A stretch of DNA of 64,000 nucleotides from Eledone cirrhosa (lineage: Eukaryota). The position numbers were made by a program, and so were the translations under genes. This document shows, piece by piece, positions 12,520-25,249 of this stretch (its first letter is position 1; every line of letters starts with the position of its first letter). The stretch spans positions 35,960,001 to 36,024,000 of the forward strand of contig OZ024752.1 in assembly GCA_964016885.1 (NCBI GenBank), written 5' to 3'. The notes beneath the pieces are model-generated. The model had not been told where the DNA came from. It worked only from the letters and a program-made list of their open reading frames with translations, and did not search any database.

Positions 12520-12648
12520 GCATACTGGAGTAACGTGAAATGAAATAATTCGCTCAAGAACACAACACACAACCCAGTCCAGGAATCGAACCCACGACAT
12601 TGTGATCGTTAGCTCATCAACGCCCTTACCACTAGGCCACGCGCCTCC
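12520..12648 (-). mobile_element. tRNA-derived SINE, second family (CORE-like ttgagcaagacactt motif)
   Basis: Reverse complement reads ggcgcgtggcctagtggtaag...gggttcgattcctggactggg...gttcttgagc. Other copies at 16852-16985(+), 19590-19800(-), 27530-27750(+) and 47465-47560(-). Confidence 0.75.
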
Positions 12649-12669
12649 TTCGCCTTTAAATATTGATAT

Positions 12670-13230
12670 TCTAATAATTGTTTCTACTTTTTGGCCAGCC
12701 TTTAACCAGTGTATTACTGGTACTTTATTTTATCGACCCCGTAAGGATGAAAGGCAAAGTTAACTCTGGCGGGATTTGAACTCAGAATGGCAAGGGCCGT
12801 AACTCTATGCGTCAAAGCATGGCGTCCGACCCTCTACCGATACTGCCAATCCATATTCTAATAATTGTTTCTACATTTGGCACAAGGCCAGCAATTATCT
12901 CAGTGTATTACTGGTACTTTATTTTATCGACCCCGTAAGGATGAAAGGCAAAGTTAACCCTGGCGGGATTTGAACTCAGAATGGCAAGGGCCGTAACTCT
13001 ATACGTCAAAGCATGGCGTCCGACCCTCTACCGATACGGCCAGTAATTTGGGGGAGGGGAAAGTCGATTAACTCGACCCAGTACGTGACTGGTACTTTAT
13101 TTTATCGACCCTGTAAGGATGAAAGGCAAAGTTAACCTCAGCGGGATTTGAACTCAGTCCGTAAAGGGACGTAACTGTGCTGTAAAGCACGGCGTCCGAC
13201 GCTCTACCGATACTGCCAATCCACCGCCCT
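12670..13230 (-). mobile_element. Tandem Nin/Deu-domain SINE copies
   Basis: Three head-to-tail copies of the family consensus. Confidence 0.85.
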
Positions 13231-13354
13231 AATCCATATTCTAATAATAGCATGATAAATAAATGTAAAATCGAAAGCAGCACTCTTGTACTGTAAAGTG
13301 TGACATAGTTAGAAATTCACTGATGCGAGACCAGAAATTGTAGAGATGGTCATT

Positions 13355-13699
13355 AGGGTGATGATGATGGCGGTGGTGGTGGTGTTGTTGTTGTGGTGGT
13401 GGTGGTGGTGGTGGTGGTGGTGTTGTTGTGGTGGTGGTGTGGTGGTGATGGTGGTGGTGTTGATGCTGTTACTGTTGTTGTTGTGGTTGTGGTGGTGGTG
13501 GTGATGGTGGTGTTGATGCTGTTACTGTTGTTGTTATTGTTGTTGTGGTGGTGGTGGTGGTGGTGGTGGTATTGTGGTGGTGGTGTGGTGGTGATGGTGG
13601 TGTTGATGTTGTTACTGTTGTTGTTGTTGTTGTGGTGGTGGTGGTGGTGTTGATGTTGTTACTGCTGCTGTTGTTGTTGCTGCTGCTACTGCTGTTGTT

Positions 13700-13747
<48 letters not shown>

Positions 13748-13936
13748 ATGGTAGTAGTAGTAGTATTGGTAGTAGTAGTAGTTGGTGGTGTTGTTGTTGT
13801 GGTGGTGGTGTTGTGGTGGTGGTGTGGTGGTGTTGGTGTTGTTACTGTTGTTGTTGTTGTGGTGGTGATGGTGGTGGTGTTGATGTTGTTACTGCTGCTG
13901 TTGTTGTTGCTGCTGCTACTGCTGTTGTTGTAGTAT

Positions 13937-13974
<38 letters not shown>

Positions 13975-14090
13975 ATGGTAGTAGTAGTAGTATTGGTAGT
14001 AGTAGTAGTAGTTGGTGTTGTTGTTGTTGTTGTTGTTATTGTTGAAGATGTTGCTGTTATTGTATTGTTGTTGTTCTTATTGTTGTTATG
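13355..14090. repeat. Compound trinucleotide microsatellite (GGT/GTT/GTA)
   Basis: Visible directly. Confidence 0.95.
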
Positions 14091-14361
14091 TACTTTGATT
14101 TTTGCCCTTTTATAGAGGCGGCTTGTAGAATTATCTAACTCTACCTATGTAAAGATTATCAACTTGTTTGACCAGAAACCTTCACTCAACTGTGTATAAG
14201 AGAAATAGGATTTGTATAACATTTAGACCTCCTACTGAGATGCTAACGATAGAAAATCAAGCTAAATGGAAATCAAAACCGGGTCACAGCAGCGGGGTTT
14301 ACTTGCTGCAGAAAGCAAACACTATTGATTTCTGAAGCACAAAGCCCACAAAAAATAATAA

Positions 14362-14419
<58 letters not shown>

Positions 14420-14422
<3 letters not shown>

Positions 14423-15011
14423 GTTTCTACTTTTGGCACAAGGCCAGCAATTACCCAGTGTATTACTGGTACTTTATTTTATCGAACCCGTAAGGATGAA
14501 AGGCAAAGTCAACCTCGGCGGGATTTGAACTCAGATCGTAAAGGGACGTAACTATGCTGGTAATAATAATAATTGTTTCTACTTTTGGCACAAGGCCAGC
14601 AATTATCCCAGTGTATTACTGGTACTTTATTTTATCGACCCCGTAAGGATGAAAGGTAAATAATAATTGTTTCTACTTTTGGCACAAGGCCAGCAATTAT
14701 CCCAGTGTATTACTGGTACTTTATTTTATCGACCCCGTAAGGATGAAAGGCAAAGTTAACCTCGGCGGGATTTTAATTCAGGATGGCAAGGGCCGTAACT
14801 CTATGCGTCAAAGCATGGCGTCCGACCCTCTACCGATACTGCCAGTAAATAATAATGGTTTCTTATATAGGCACAAGGCCAGTAATTTGTAGGGAGGGGA
14901 AAGTCGTTTAAATCGACTTCAGTACATTACTGGTACTTTATTTTATCGACCTTGTAAGGATGAAAGGCAAAGTTAACATTGGCGGGATTTGAACTCAGAA
15001 TATAAAGAGCT

Positions 15012-15012
<1 letters not shown>
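14420..15012 (-). mobile_element. Stacked Nin/Deu-domain SINE copies
   Basis: Four partial copies adjoining an (AAT)n tail. Confidence 0.85.
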
Positions 15013-15050
<38 letters not shown>

Positions 15051-15055
15051 ATAAC

Positions 15056-15106
<51 letters not shown>

Positions 15107-15302
15107 GATAAATCTACCAAGAGTTTACGGTAGTGTCCAATCCGTATGAAGAACTCAATGTAATCCGGATATCATGGAAAGAAGAGATGCAATGAAAAAT
15201 CACTTTCGGTGAAAGATAAACGGAATACAGAGTCAAGATAAAATATTAAAAAAATAATGAATAAAACAATGAAACAGTTCCTTATATTAAACAAAAAAAG
15301 TT

Positions 15303-15451
15303 CATTATTTAACGATCGTTTCTAGGATATATATGTGTTAGAATTGGCATGCATATTCAACAGATCTATGTACAAAATTATACAAAATTATACAAACTAT
15401 CAAAATTAAATATACATACCAACACATATATATGCGGTCTTCAGAAAAATG
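15303..15451 (-). ncRNA. Hammerhead with ~115-nt stem II, at the apex of a fold-back (arms ~15237-15430 and ~15449-15640)
   Basis: Minus strand: cattttt-CTGAAGA-ccgc atatatatgtgtt ggtatgtatatttaa...ttgaatatgcatgcc..aacacatatatat ccta-GAAA-cgatcg-TT-aaataatg. The base of stem II is mismatched. Confidence 0.6.
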
Positions 15452-15973
15452 TGTTGGTATGTATATTTAATTTTGATAGTTTGTATAATTTTGTATAATT
15501 TTGTACATAGATCTGTTGAATATGCATGCCAATTCTAACACATATATATCCTAGAAACGATCGTTAAATAATGAACTTTTTTTGTTTAATATAAGGAACT
15601 GTTTCATTGTTTTATTCATTATTTTTTTAATATTTTATATATATATATATATAGTTGTGTATAGTGGTAGCTATGGTGCTTCCATAGGCGGTATGCCAAA
15701 ATTAGCACTCGATATTCATCAGAGTAGAGTGTAGATATTATAAAGAAAACGAAAAATCAGTGATGCATCTGGACTTAGTTTATTTCGTGTTACAAATGTT
15801 TCGCCAGCATGTAGCTCGAGTCATGGTCCTTGTATGGATCTGGCTTATTCTACTTCTGCGGGTTCTTTCAGACACGGGTGTTACGTTCGGAGCAAATTTT
15901 GTCACTGGGGTGTTATCATCAAGAAAACACCCTAAAAAAAACCTAATTCCACTCTTGTCATGCCATTGGCTGT

Positions 15974-16006
<33 letters not shown>

Positions 16007-16139
16007 GTGAGGTTTTTTTTTACAAAATGAAAAATAACCGAGGTGTCCTACACGAGTGGAAGTATAAAGAAAAAAAGATGAAATCGAAAATGCAACTGAA
16101 GTCTTATTTTTTTTAAAAAATATATATATTTATTTGGTT

Positions 16140-16177
16140 CCTTTACCGGTTTCGCAGTTCTTCTGCTTTTCAAAAGG
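16140..16177 (-). ncRNA. Minimal hammerhead with U3-A8 core variant
   Basis: Minus strand: cctt-TTGAAAA-gcag aagaa ctgc-GAAA-ccgg-TA-aagg. All stems are perfect. It lies at the apex of an inverted repeat (~16064-16150 / 16208-16295). Confidence 0.75.
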
Positions 16178-16288
16178 TGAGTTGAGATGGAGGGTCTGTG
16201 GTTTTTCACCGGTAAAGGAACCAAATAAATATATATATTTTTTTAAAAAAATAAGACTTCAGTTGCATTTTCGATTTCATCCCTTTTT

Positions 16289-16331
<43 letters not shown>

Positions 16332-16394
16332 AATATGTGTTTTAAATATCGTAGTATATAAAACATTCTCACATTAATTGAATGAGCACCCTCT

Positions 16395-16790
16395 TAACTC
16401 CATCTAACGCTACAGTGAAGTGACTTCATCAACGAAGTACCAGTACTGCATCTCTTTGTTCAGCGCATAAACTTGCACCATCCACAGGGGCCTTTCTTTC
16501 AGCCTAAGCTTCAAAAGGCAAATCCTCCCTCCAAATGGGATCCCTTCCATTACACATTCCAACTGCCGAGTACTTGTGAGTATCCTTTCCCCGTGCACCA
16601 TTTGGCACCACACCTGAATAGTAGAGTTTCAATCTTCCATCTGAATCTACAGTACCAGAGACATGGAACTTGATTGAGGAAACCCCTACTATATCTAGCA
16701 GGTAACATCCCCTTTCATCCTCTAGTTCCTGCTTTTTACCTGTAATAGTTTGGAATGTTCCAGTTGCCAATTTGTTTTTTTATTTACTCT
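16395..16790 (-). pseudogene. RTE-clade LINE apurinic endonuclease fragment
   Basis: Across frameshifts: TITGKKQELEDE..YLLDIVGVSSIK..SGTV...LYYSGV, ILTS..L..V....GRICLLKLRL....VQVYALN....Y..FVDEV. These are APE motifs. Confidence 0.8.
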
Positions 16791-17095
16791 CTTCTGGATC
16801 CTCTTTGGGGTCTCGGAAGATACAACATTTGTGTGTCCATCCCACACCTCCAAGGCGCATGGCTTAGTGGTTAGTGCATTGGGCTTGCAATCGAAAGGTT
16901 GTGAGTTCAATTCTAGGACCGGGTGATGTGTTGTTTCCTTGAGCAAGACACTTTATTTCACGTTGCTCCAGTTTCCTCAGCTGTAGAAATTAAAATTACC
17001 CAAGACACCTCCAACGAAATTTACCTTGGAGGAGGCCAGCTAAACCTGCATAGGTGTGAGCTGTCTCTCTCTCAGACACTCACAAACACACACAA

Positions 17096-17128
<33 letters not shown>

Positions 17129-17227
17129 CAAACACACACACCTCCAAGGAGAAGTCGAAGATCCATCTCCAGTGTTTTCGACATTAGATGGAGACAGGAA
17201 TATAATTTCCGAACGTAGTAGTAGTAA

Positions 17228-17270
<43 letters not shown>

Positions 17271-18455
17271 GGTATAGTAGTAGTAGTGGTGGTGGTGGTA
17301 TAGTAGTAGTGGTGGTGGTGGTGGTATAGTAGTAGTGGTGGTGGTGGTGGTATAGTAGTAGTAGTGGTGGTGGTGGTATAGTAGTAGTAGTGGTGGTGGT
17401 GGTATAGTAGTAGTAGTGGTGGTGGTGGTAGTAGTAGTAGTGACATTGCGCCTAAATTAGAAACCATTGGCAGTATCGGTAGAGGGTTGGACGCCATGCT
17501 TTCTAGCATAGTTACGTCCCTTTACAGTCTGAGTTCAAATCCTGCCGAGGTTAACTTTGCCTTTCATCCATCCTTACGGGGTCGATAAAATAAAGTACCA
17601 GTAATGTACTGGGTTATTGCTGGCCTTGTGCCTAAAGTAGAAACAATTATATGAAATAATAAATTTAAAAGCTAGTCAGTCAAAGATTACCTTGACAATG
17701 AAATAATTAACAGTGCAAATGTTATTCAAGCCAGCAGCTGAATCGTCTAAATATAGAACTGTGAGATGGTAATGATAACGATTTCCTTTAATTAAGCCCC
17801 TAAATTCTTTTGTATGGGGTGGGGGAAGAAATTTCACTTAAGCAAAATCACCGCTGCCCCCACGACCCCGTCTTGATTTAATATCAAAATATTGGGGTAA
17901 CTCAATTTAATTCGTTTTTTATACTGAACGTCATGAAACAGGACCCGGTTCGTACCACACGAAGCTGTTTATTTTAAAGTGTTTATATTTATCTAAAAGC
18001 CTTCCATTCCATCACAATTTTATTTAAGAACCCTTAACTTATTTTCCAAACAGTGCTAGAATTATCTATAACTAAATAAGCTTTAGTTTGTGACCAACAA
18101 ACCCTCGGAGACCTTATTTTAAAAAATATATATTTTTTTTATCGTTAATTTTTATCCTTTTACACTAAATCAGCGCACACCGCACTCTCCCTAATACCTA
18201 TCACCTTTCGTAATTGTACTCCTTGTTGTTCTCATTTACTTTTACAATATATATATACATATATATAGTGAAAGAATGAAGAGTAACATGGTTGGCTGTA
18301 CAACAAGGGGCTTTATTTCAGGTATTAACAATTGTTTCATTGATCAGGTGAGTCTAGAGGCCGCTAATCACTCGAAGCTGCGTCACTCGATCTCCATTAG
18401 AGAATACTCACAATCTCTAACTGGATTACCTATAACAATAATTTGTTACCCCGTA

Positions 18456-18486
<31 letters not shown>

Positions 18487-18487
18487 G

Positions 18488-18688
18488 CCTTGGACTTCGC
18501 CGAAACACTCGTGCCCATCACCGACCAGGAAAGAAAAATCATCCTCCACGCCAGGAAGACAGTCTTACTCTTTGACGACTCTAAATGGATAAAAAGAGCT
18601 CCCGACTCACCCTTCGACGTCAGCATGGGCGCCACGGATTCGGCGGAGGTCACTGATCTTATAGGATTATTCCTAATAGCCAAACTCA

Positions 18689-18690
<2 letters not shown>
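18488..18690 (+). pseudogene. Penelope-like element reverse transcriptase fragment
   Basis: LDFAETLVPITDQERKIILHARKTVLLFDDSKWIKRAPDSPFDVSMGATDSAEVTDLIGLFLIAKL resembles the PLE RT motif B' region (FDVxMGSxDxAEVxELVG). Bounded by (TA)n on both sides. Confidence 0.75.
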
Positions 18691-18755
<65 letters not shown>

Positions 18756-18965
18756 AAAGTTATATTTAAATTGTTGGGTTAACAACGAGTAAATATTTAT
18801 AACTGATATAAAAGCACTCAACAAGTATTTCTTCCTTTCTTTCTTTCTTTCTCTCTTTCTTTTTACAACTGTCCACAATATTTTTTTACTGCCAAATCAA
18901 CCTCCCAAATGCAAGTCGATTGAAAGGTATGTCGTATCTATTTATTTATAAGACTGTTTATATTG

Positions 18966-19031
18966 TATTTTGTCTGAAGAAGGCATAACATATTGTTAAT
19001 ATGATATCCCTGAAATATATATAATGAAATA
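18966..19031 (+). ncRNA. Type I minimal hammerhead ribozyme
   Basis: tattttgt-CTGAAGA-aggcataacatatt gtt aatatgatatccct-GAAA-tatata-TA-atgaaata. Confidence 0.8.
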
Positions 19032-19068
19032 AATATGGTTTTATAAATATAGTTTCCATTTATTTAAT

Positions 19069-19109
<41 letters not shown>

Positions 19110-19112
<3 letters not shown>

Positions 19113-19310
19113 AAAATGTTCAAGACCCCGACGGCAGAGCTGAAGCCGTTTCGACGGCTATTTCTGGAGTCCAGAAATAGCCGTCGAAACGGTTTGAGCT
19201 GTGCCGTCGGGGTGTTGAACAATTTCCTATTACCAACTCTACTACCCTAAGTATTGAGTACTCTGGTGCGTTATGGTCCACCTGGTTCCTTACTACACTT
19301 CCTTCGTTAT
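19110..19310 (+). mobile_element. Fold-back HHR-half element (cggc/gccg family)
   Basis: Palindrome centred on gacggctatttctgga-g-tccagaaatagccgtc, then GAAA...GTC-gggg, the family tail and (TA)n. Confidence 0.65.
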
Positions 19311-19545
19311 ATATATATATATATTCATTTAAATTATTGATTTATTGATATTTTATTTGAGTGACCCGAATCTTCCTGGTCGTTCTTTTTCGGCTGCACG
19401 GGTGATTTTAGGCATAATCTCTATGTGTTGGTAATTTAACGATAGTTATAGCTCTGATTTATCCAAATTATTGAGCCCTCTGCCACTCATATCGGATATT
19501 GTTTATCGTTAATTCGTGAGCTGATTTTCCGATACTCGATTATTC

Positions 19546-19582
<37 letters not shown>

Positions 19583-19869
19583 GGAATGATCGACATTCGT
19601 CAAATCGGACCGAGGAAACAATGTTTCCATTGGTCTTTCCAATTGCTAATACTATCTATCGGTCGCAACTCCAGGTAGAAGGAGCAACGTGAAATAAAGT
19701 GTCTTGCTCAAGGACATAACGCATCGCCCGGTCCAGGAATTGAACTCACAACCTCAAGATTGTGAATCCAATTCTCTAACCACTCAGCCACACGCCTTCA
19801 CAGATTTAACCCTTTCTTAACATATTTCTAATCCACCAATGTTAACCACTTTCTTACCAAATTTCTAAT

Positions 19870-20267
19870 CCATCAACCGTATTAACCCTTTCCTTTCCAT
19901 ATTTCTAATCCCTCAACCGTATTAACCCTTTCCTTCATTATTTCTAACCTATCAGATTTAACCCTTTCTTAACATCTTTCTAATCCACCAATGTTAACCA
20001 CTTTCTTACCAAATTTCTAATCAATCAACATAATTCTAATCCAACCCACATTAACCCTTTCGTTACTATATTTCCAATGAAAGACACGCCTTGTGATTGT
20101 TTAAATAATCTTGAAAGGAATTTAGAAGGATTTCGTAATACAACTTTCTCGTTATTAAGCTGATATTTGGAACCCAGGGCCGGACTTTCACCTACTGAGG
20201 TCCTAAGCTATATCAAATTTGAGGCCCTTCTCCAAAACAATTCGGGTATAAACAATTAAATGATAAA

Positions 20268-20303
<36 letters not shown>

Positions 20304-20620
20304 CTTAGGACCTCAGTAGGTGAAAGTCCGGCCCTGGGTTCCAAATATCAGCTTAATAACGAGAAAGTTGTATTACGAAATCCTTCTAAATTCCTTTCAA
20401 GATTATTTAAACAATTACAAGGCCTGTCTTTCATTGGAAATATAGTAACGAAAGGGTTAATGTGGGTTGGATTAGAAATATGTTGATGGATTAGAAATTT
20501 GGTAAGAAAGTGGTTAACATTGGTGGATTAGAAAGATGTTAAGAAAGGGTTAAATCTGATAGGTTAGAAATAATGAAGGAAAGGGTTAATACGGTTGAGG
20601 GATTAGAAATATGGAAAGGA
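19870..20620. repeat. Long inverted repeat around a (TA)n tract
   Basis: ~19870-20210 is mirrored by ~20301-20620. Confidence 0.85.
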
Positions 20621-22300
20621 AAGGGTTAACATTGGTGTATTAGAAATATGGAAAGGAAAGGGTTAACATTGGTGTATTAGAAATATGGAAAGGAAAGGGT
20701 TAACATTGGTGTATTAGAAATATGGAAAGGAAAGGGTTAACATTGGTGGATTAGAAATATGGAAAGGAAAGGGTTAACATTGGTGGATTAGAAATATGGA
20801 AAGGAAAGGGTTAACGTTGGTGTATTAGAAATATGGAAAGGAAAGGGTTAATACGGTTGATGGATTAGAAATATGGAAAGGAAAGGGTTAATACGGTTGA
20901 TGGATTAGAAATATAGAAAGGAAAGGGTTAACATTGGTGGATTAGAAATATGGAAAGGAAAGGGTTAACATTGGTGGATTAGAAATATGGAAAGGAATGG
21001 GTAACATTGGTGGATTAGAAATATGGAAAGGAAAGGGTTAACATTGGTGTATTAGAAATATGGAAAGGAAAGGGTTAACATTGGTAGATTAGAAATATGG
21101 AAAGGAAAGGGTTAATACGGTTGATGGATTAGAAATATGGAAAGGAAAGGGTTAATACGGTTGATGGATTAGAAATATAGAAAGGAAAGGGTTAACATTG
21201 GTGGATTAGAAATATGGAAAGGAAAGGGTTAACATTGGTGTATTAGAAATATGGAAAGGAAAGGGTTAACATTGGTGGATTAGAAATATGGAAAGGAAAG
21301 GGTTAACATTGGTGGATTAGAAATATGGAAAGGAAAGGGTTAACATTGGTGGATTAGAAATATGGGAAGGAAAGGGTTAACATTGGTGGATTAGAAATAT
21401 GGAAAGGAAAGGGTTAACATTGGTGGATTAGAAATATGGAAAGGAAAGGGTTAACATTGGTGGATTAGAAATATGGGAAGGAAAGGGTTAACATTGGTGG
21501 ATTAGAAATATGGAAAGGAATGGGTTAACATTGGTGGATTAGAAATATGGAAAGGAAAGGGTTAACATTGGTGTATTAGAAATATGGAAAGGAAAGGGTT
21601 AACATTGGTAGATTAGAAATATGGAAAGGAAAGGGTTAATACCGTTGGTGGTTTAGAAATATGGAAAGGAAAGGGTTAACATTGGTGGATTAGAAATATG
21701 GAAAGGAAAGGGTTAACATTGGTGGATTAGAAATATGGAAAGGAAAGGGTTAACGTTGGTGTATTAGAAATATGGAAAGGAAAGGGTTAATACGGTTGAT
21801 GGATTAGAAATATGGAAAGGAAAGGGTTAATACGGTTGATGGATTAGAAATATAGAAAGGAAAGGGTTAACATTGGTGGATTAGAAATATGGAAAGGAAA
21901 GGGTTAACATTGGTGTATTAGAAATATGGAAAGGAAAGGGTTAACATTGGTGTATTAGAAATATGGAAAGGAAAGGGTTAACATTGGTGGATTAGAAATA
22001 TGGAAAGGAAAGGGTTAACATTGGTGGATTAGAAATATGGAAAGGAAAGGGTTAACATTGGTGGATTAGAAATATGGAAAGGAAAGGGTAAACATTGGTA
22101 GATTAGAAATATGGAAAGGAAAGGGTTAACATTGGTAGATTAGAAATATGGAAAGGAAAGGGTTAACATTGGTGGATTAGAAATATGGAAAGGAAAGGGT
22201 TAACATTGGTGGATTAGAAATATGGAAAGGAAAGGGTTAACATTGGTAGATTAGAAATATGGGAAGGAAAGGGTTAATACGGTTGATGGATTAGAAATAT
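20590..22300. repeat. 37-bp minisatellite (40-bp variant interspersed)
   Basis: Unit ggattagaaatatggaaaggaaagggttaacattggt; period 37 (e.g. 20641 to 20678). Confidence 0.97.
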
Positions 22301-22682
22301 CCTCGATCCAAAGCCGACTTCTTCACAAACCATGTCTAAGAACGACTTAGTAATTAACCTGACACAGTTCTGACGTGAGAAAATATTTCTATGACAAGGC
22401 TTGGTAGTAACAGTTCTCTCCAATACCATGCGACTGCTTTATCGATATCATTGATCACTACTGATCAAAGCAAAAAAAAATATATTTATATAATCTCTCC
22501 CTCTCTCTCTCTCTCTCTCTCCTTCTTTCTCTCTTTCTTTCTATTTGTCTATCTATCTCACTTTGTCTGTCTATGTATCTATCTATCTCTATATTTCTTT
22601 ATATATCTATCTCTTTTTCTCCACCTCTCTATCTATCTATCTATCTATCTTTTTCTCCACCCTTTCTCTATCTCCCTGCCCC

Positions 22683-22715
<33 letters not shown>

Positions 22716-23051
22716 CTGTCTTCCTCCCCTCTCTCTCTCGCCTCCCATCTCTCTCTCTTCCTCCCATCTCTCTCTCTTCCTCCCCCCTCTCTCTCTCTCC
22801 CTTTCCTCCCTTCTCTCTCTCTCTCTCTCTCTCTGCTCCCTCTCCCATATACTCTTTCGGATTAGTCAGTCGTGGACCAGGTCTAAATAAGGACAAGTAT
22901 ACGACATCAAATGGACACCATTTTATTTAAATTAAATGAATTTGTTATACAAGAAATACATTTTTTATGCAGATTTTATATATGGAAGATGGGGGGGGGG
23001 TTGACCGTAATCTTTTAAATGCTTAAGGCCTCAAAGGGACTTTATATATAT

Positions 23052-23082
<31 letters not shown>

Positions 23083-23303
23083 GTAAAATGTTTAACCCCG
23101 ACGGCAGAGTTCAAGCCGTTTCTATCGGTATTTCAGTCCAGAAATAGCCGTCGAAACGGCTTGAGCTCTGCCGTAGAGATTAAACATTTTCCTATTACCC
23201 ACTCTCCCACTCTACTACCCTAAGTATTGAGTTCTCTGGTAGGTTATGGTCCATCAGGTTCATTACCATACTTCCTTTGTTGTATATATATATATATGTA
23301 TAT

Positions 23304-23411
23304 ATATAGATGAGATTCTACAGGACTAGAACTGTTTCATTCTTTAGAAATCATCAGCTGATGATTTCTAAAGAATGAAACAGTTCTAGTCCTGTAGAAT
23401 CTCATCTATAT
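23304..23411. repeat. Perfect 108-bp palindrome centred exactly at the 5' edge of a hammerhead core
   Basis: ...aaatcatcag|ctgatgattt..., axis 23357/23358. Same family as 24806. Confidence 0.9.
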
Positions 23412-23491
23412 TAAAACTTTTATACTCTGCTATGTATTGAGTACCTTACTTACTGTGGTTACCTCCGATTCAACCCGGAATAACGTATATG

Positions 23492-23618
<127 letters not shown>

Positions 23619-24563
23619 GGAATAGAATGAAACGAAATTTCATTTCTCACTCTTAGTACGGCACTTACTTAAATGTAAGTATGTATGTATACGTACATAC
23701 ATATATGTATACAGACGTACAGTAGTATGTATATATATATACATACATGCACACATATATATATGCACGTATCGGTTTACCGAACATTTATTATAATGCT
23801 CGGGTTGTTTGTAAAAAAAAAAAAAAGGTGATGTGGTTGCCTAAACACTGTACGGTGTAATTCGGGTTGTTTGTTTGTTTACAAACAAACCGATCATTAT
23901 AATAAATGTTCGGTTAACCGATACGTGCATATATATATATGTGTGCATGTATGTATATATATATACATACTACTGTACGTCTGTATACATATATGTATGT
24001 ACGTATACATACATACATACTTACATTTATATATATATATATATATATTGGGTCGTCAAGTATGAAATTTGTAGAAATTTTTTTTTTCTACAAATAATAA
24101 TTGTTTCTACTTTTGGCACAAGGCTAGCAATTACCCAGTGTATTACTGGTACTTTATTTTATCGACCCATAAGGATGAAAGGCAAAGTTAACCTCGGCCT
24201 TTCATCCTTAATCAAATAATAATGAAAACTACACACACTTGTATATATATATATATATATATACACACACAAGTGTGTGTGTGTGTGGTTTTCGTTATTA
24301 TTATACATATATAGATATCACGTGGTACATATAAATGAAACAGAAAACTCGGAAGAAAAAAGCACGTGGACTATTCCCGCTCATCGGCTGTTTTCTGGGG
24401 TTCATTATAGTTTCGGATTCTTTATATATTTATATATATATATACACTCACTCGTGTAAGCACAGACACAAATACACACACACACACACATGCACACACA
24501 CACACGTTTATATAAATATTTTTTCTCCTATATTTGGTCGTATTTTGCAATGTTATGTATATA

Positions 24564-24620
<57 letters not shown>

Positions 24621-24733
24621 GTGGTGGGGGCGTATATAGTGTGCTTGCGTGTGTATTTGTGTCTGTGCTTATACATGTGAGTATAATATATATATATATA
24701 TATACGTGTGCGTGTGTGCGTGTGCATGTGTGA

Positions 24734-24767
<34 letters not shown>

Positions 24768-24805
24768 GTTATTCCGGGTTGAATCGGAGGTAACCACAGT
24801 AAGTA

Positions 24806-24856
24806 AGATTCCTGATGATTTCTAAAGAATGAAACAGTTCTAGTCCTGTAGAATCT
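24806..24856 (+). ncRNA. Type I hammerhead ribozyme
   Basis: agattc-CTGATGA-t ttc taaa gaa t-GAAA-cag ttctagtc ctg-TA-gaatct. Stem I is 6 bp, stem III is true-paired, triplet GUA. Confidence 0.85.
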
Positions 24857-24868
24857 CATCTATATTAA

Positions 24869-24946
<78 letters not shown>

Positions 24947-25249
24947 ATAGGCTTATTATTTAACTTATGTCTACATCCATCACATCCAAACACCACCAGT
25001 CCTGTTGTTCTAGCACGGTAGGGTGTGGTTGTGTGATTTCGTGAGTACATTTAGCTGTTACTATTTGCAAGTCAAGCCACTACGCTTGAGGCGCGCCTGT
25101 TGGCTTCAAAAACCATTACTAATTTTCACGACAGTTATTCCGCATAAATTCTCATTTTTGGCATATAGTTTAAATATGAAAATAGTCTTACGTATGATTA
25201 TAGACCGTCAAACATCTTAGGAAATCGTAAAAGTCAATTGCTGCTTTCT

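Noticed and set aside
18320-18415. Possible minus-strand hammerhead (gtatt...GAAA-caattg-TT-aatac)
   Set aside because: Stem I and the palindromic stem III fit, but no CUGANGA is recognisable; at best a decayed copy.
20590-22300. CRISPR-like array (37-bp repeats; also the 31- and 42-bp arrays)
   Set aside because: Head-to-tail repeats with no unique spacers, no cas genes, and a eukaryotic context.
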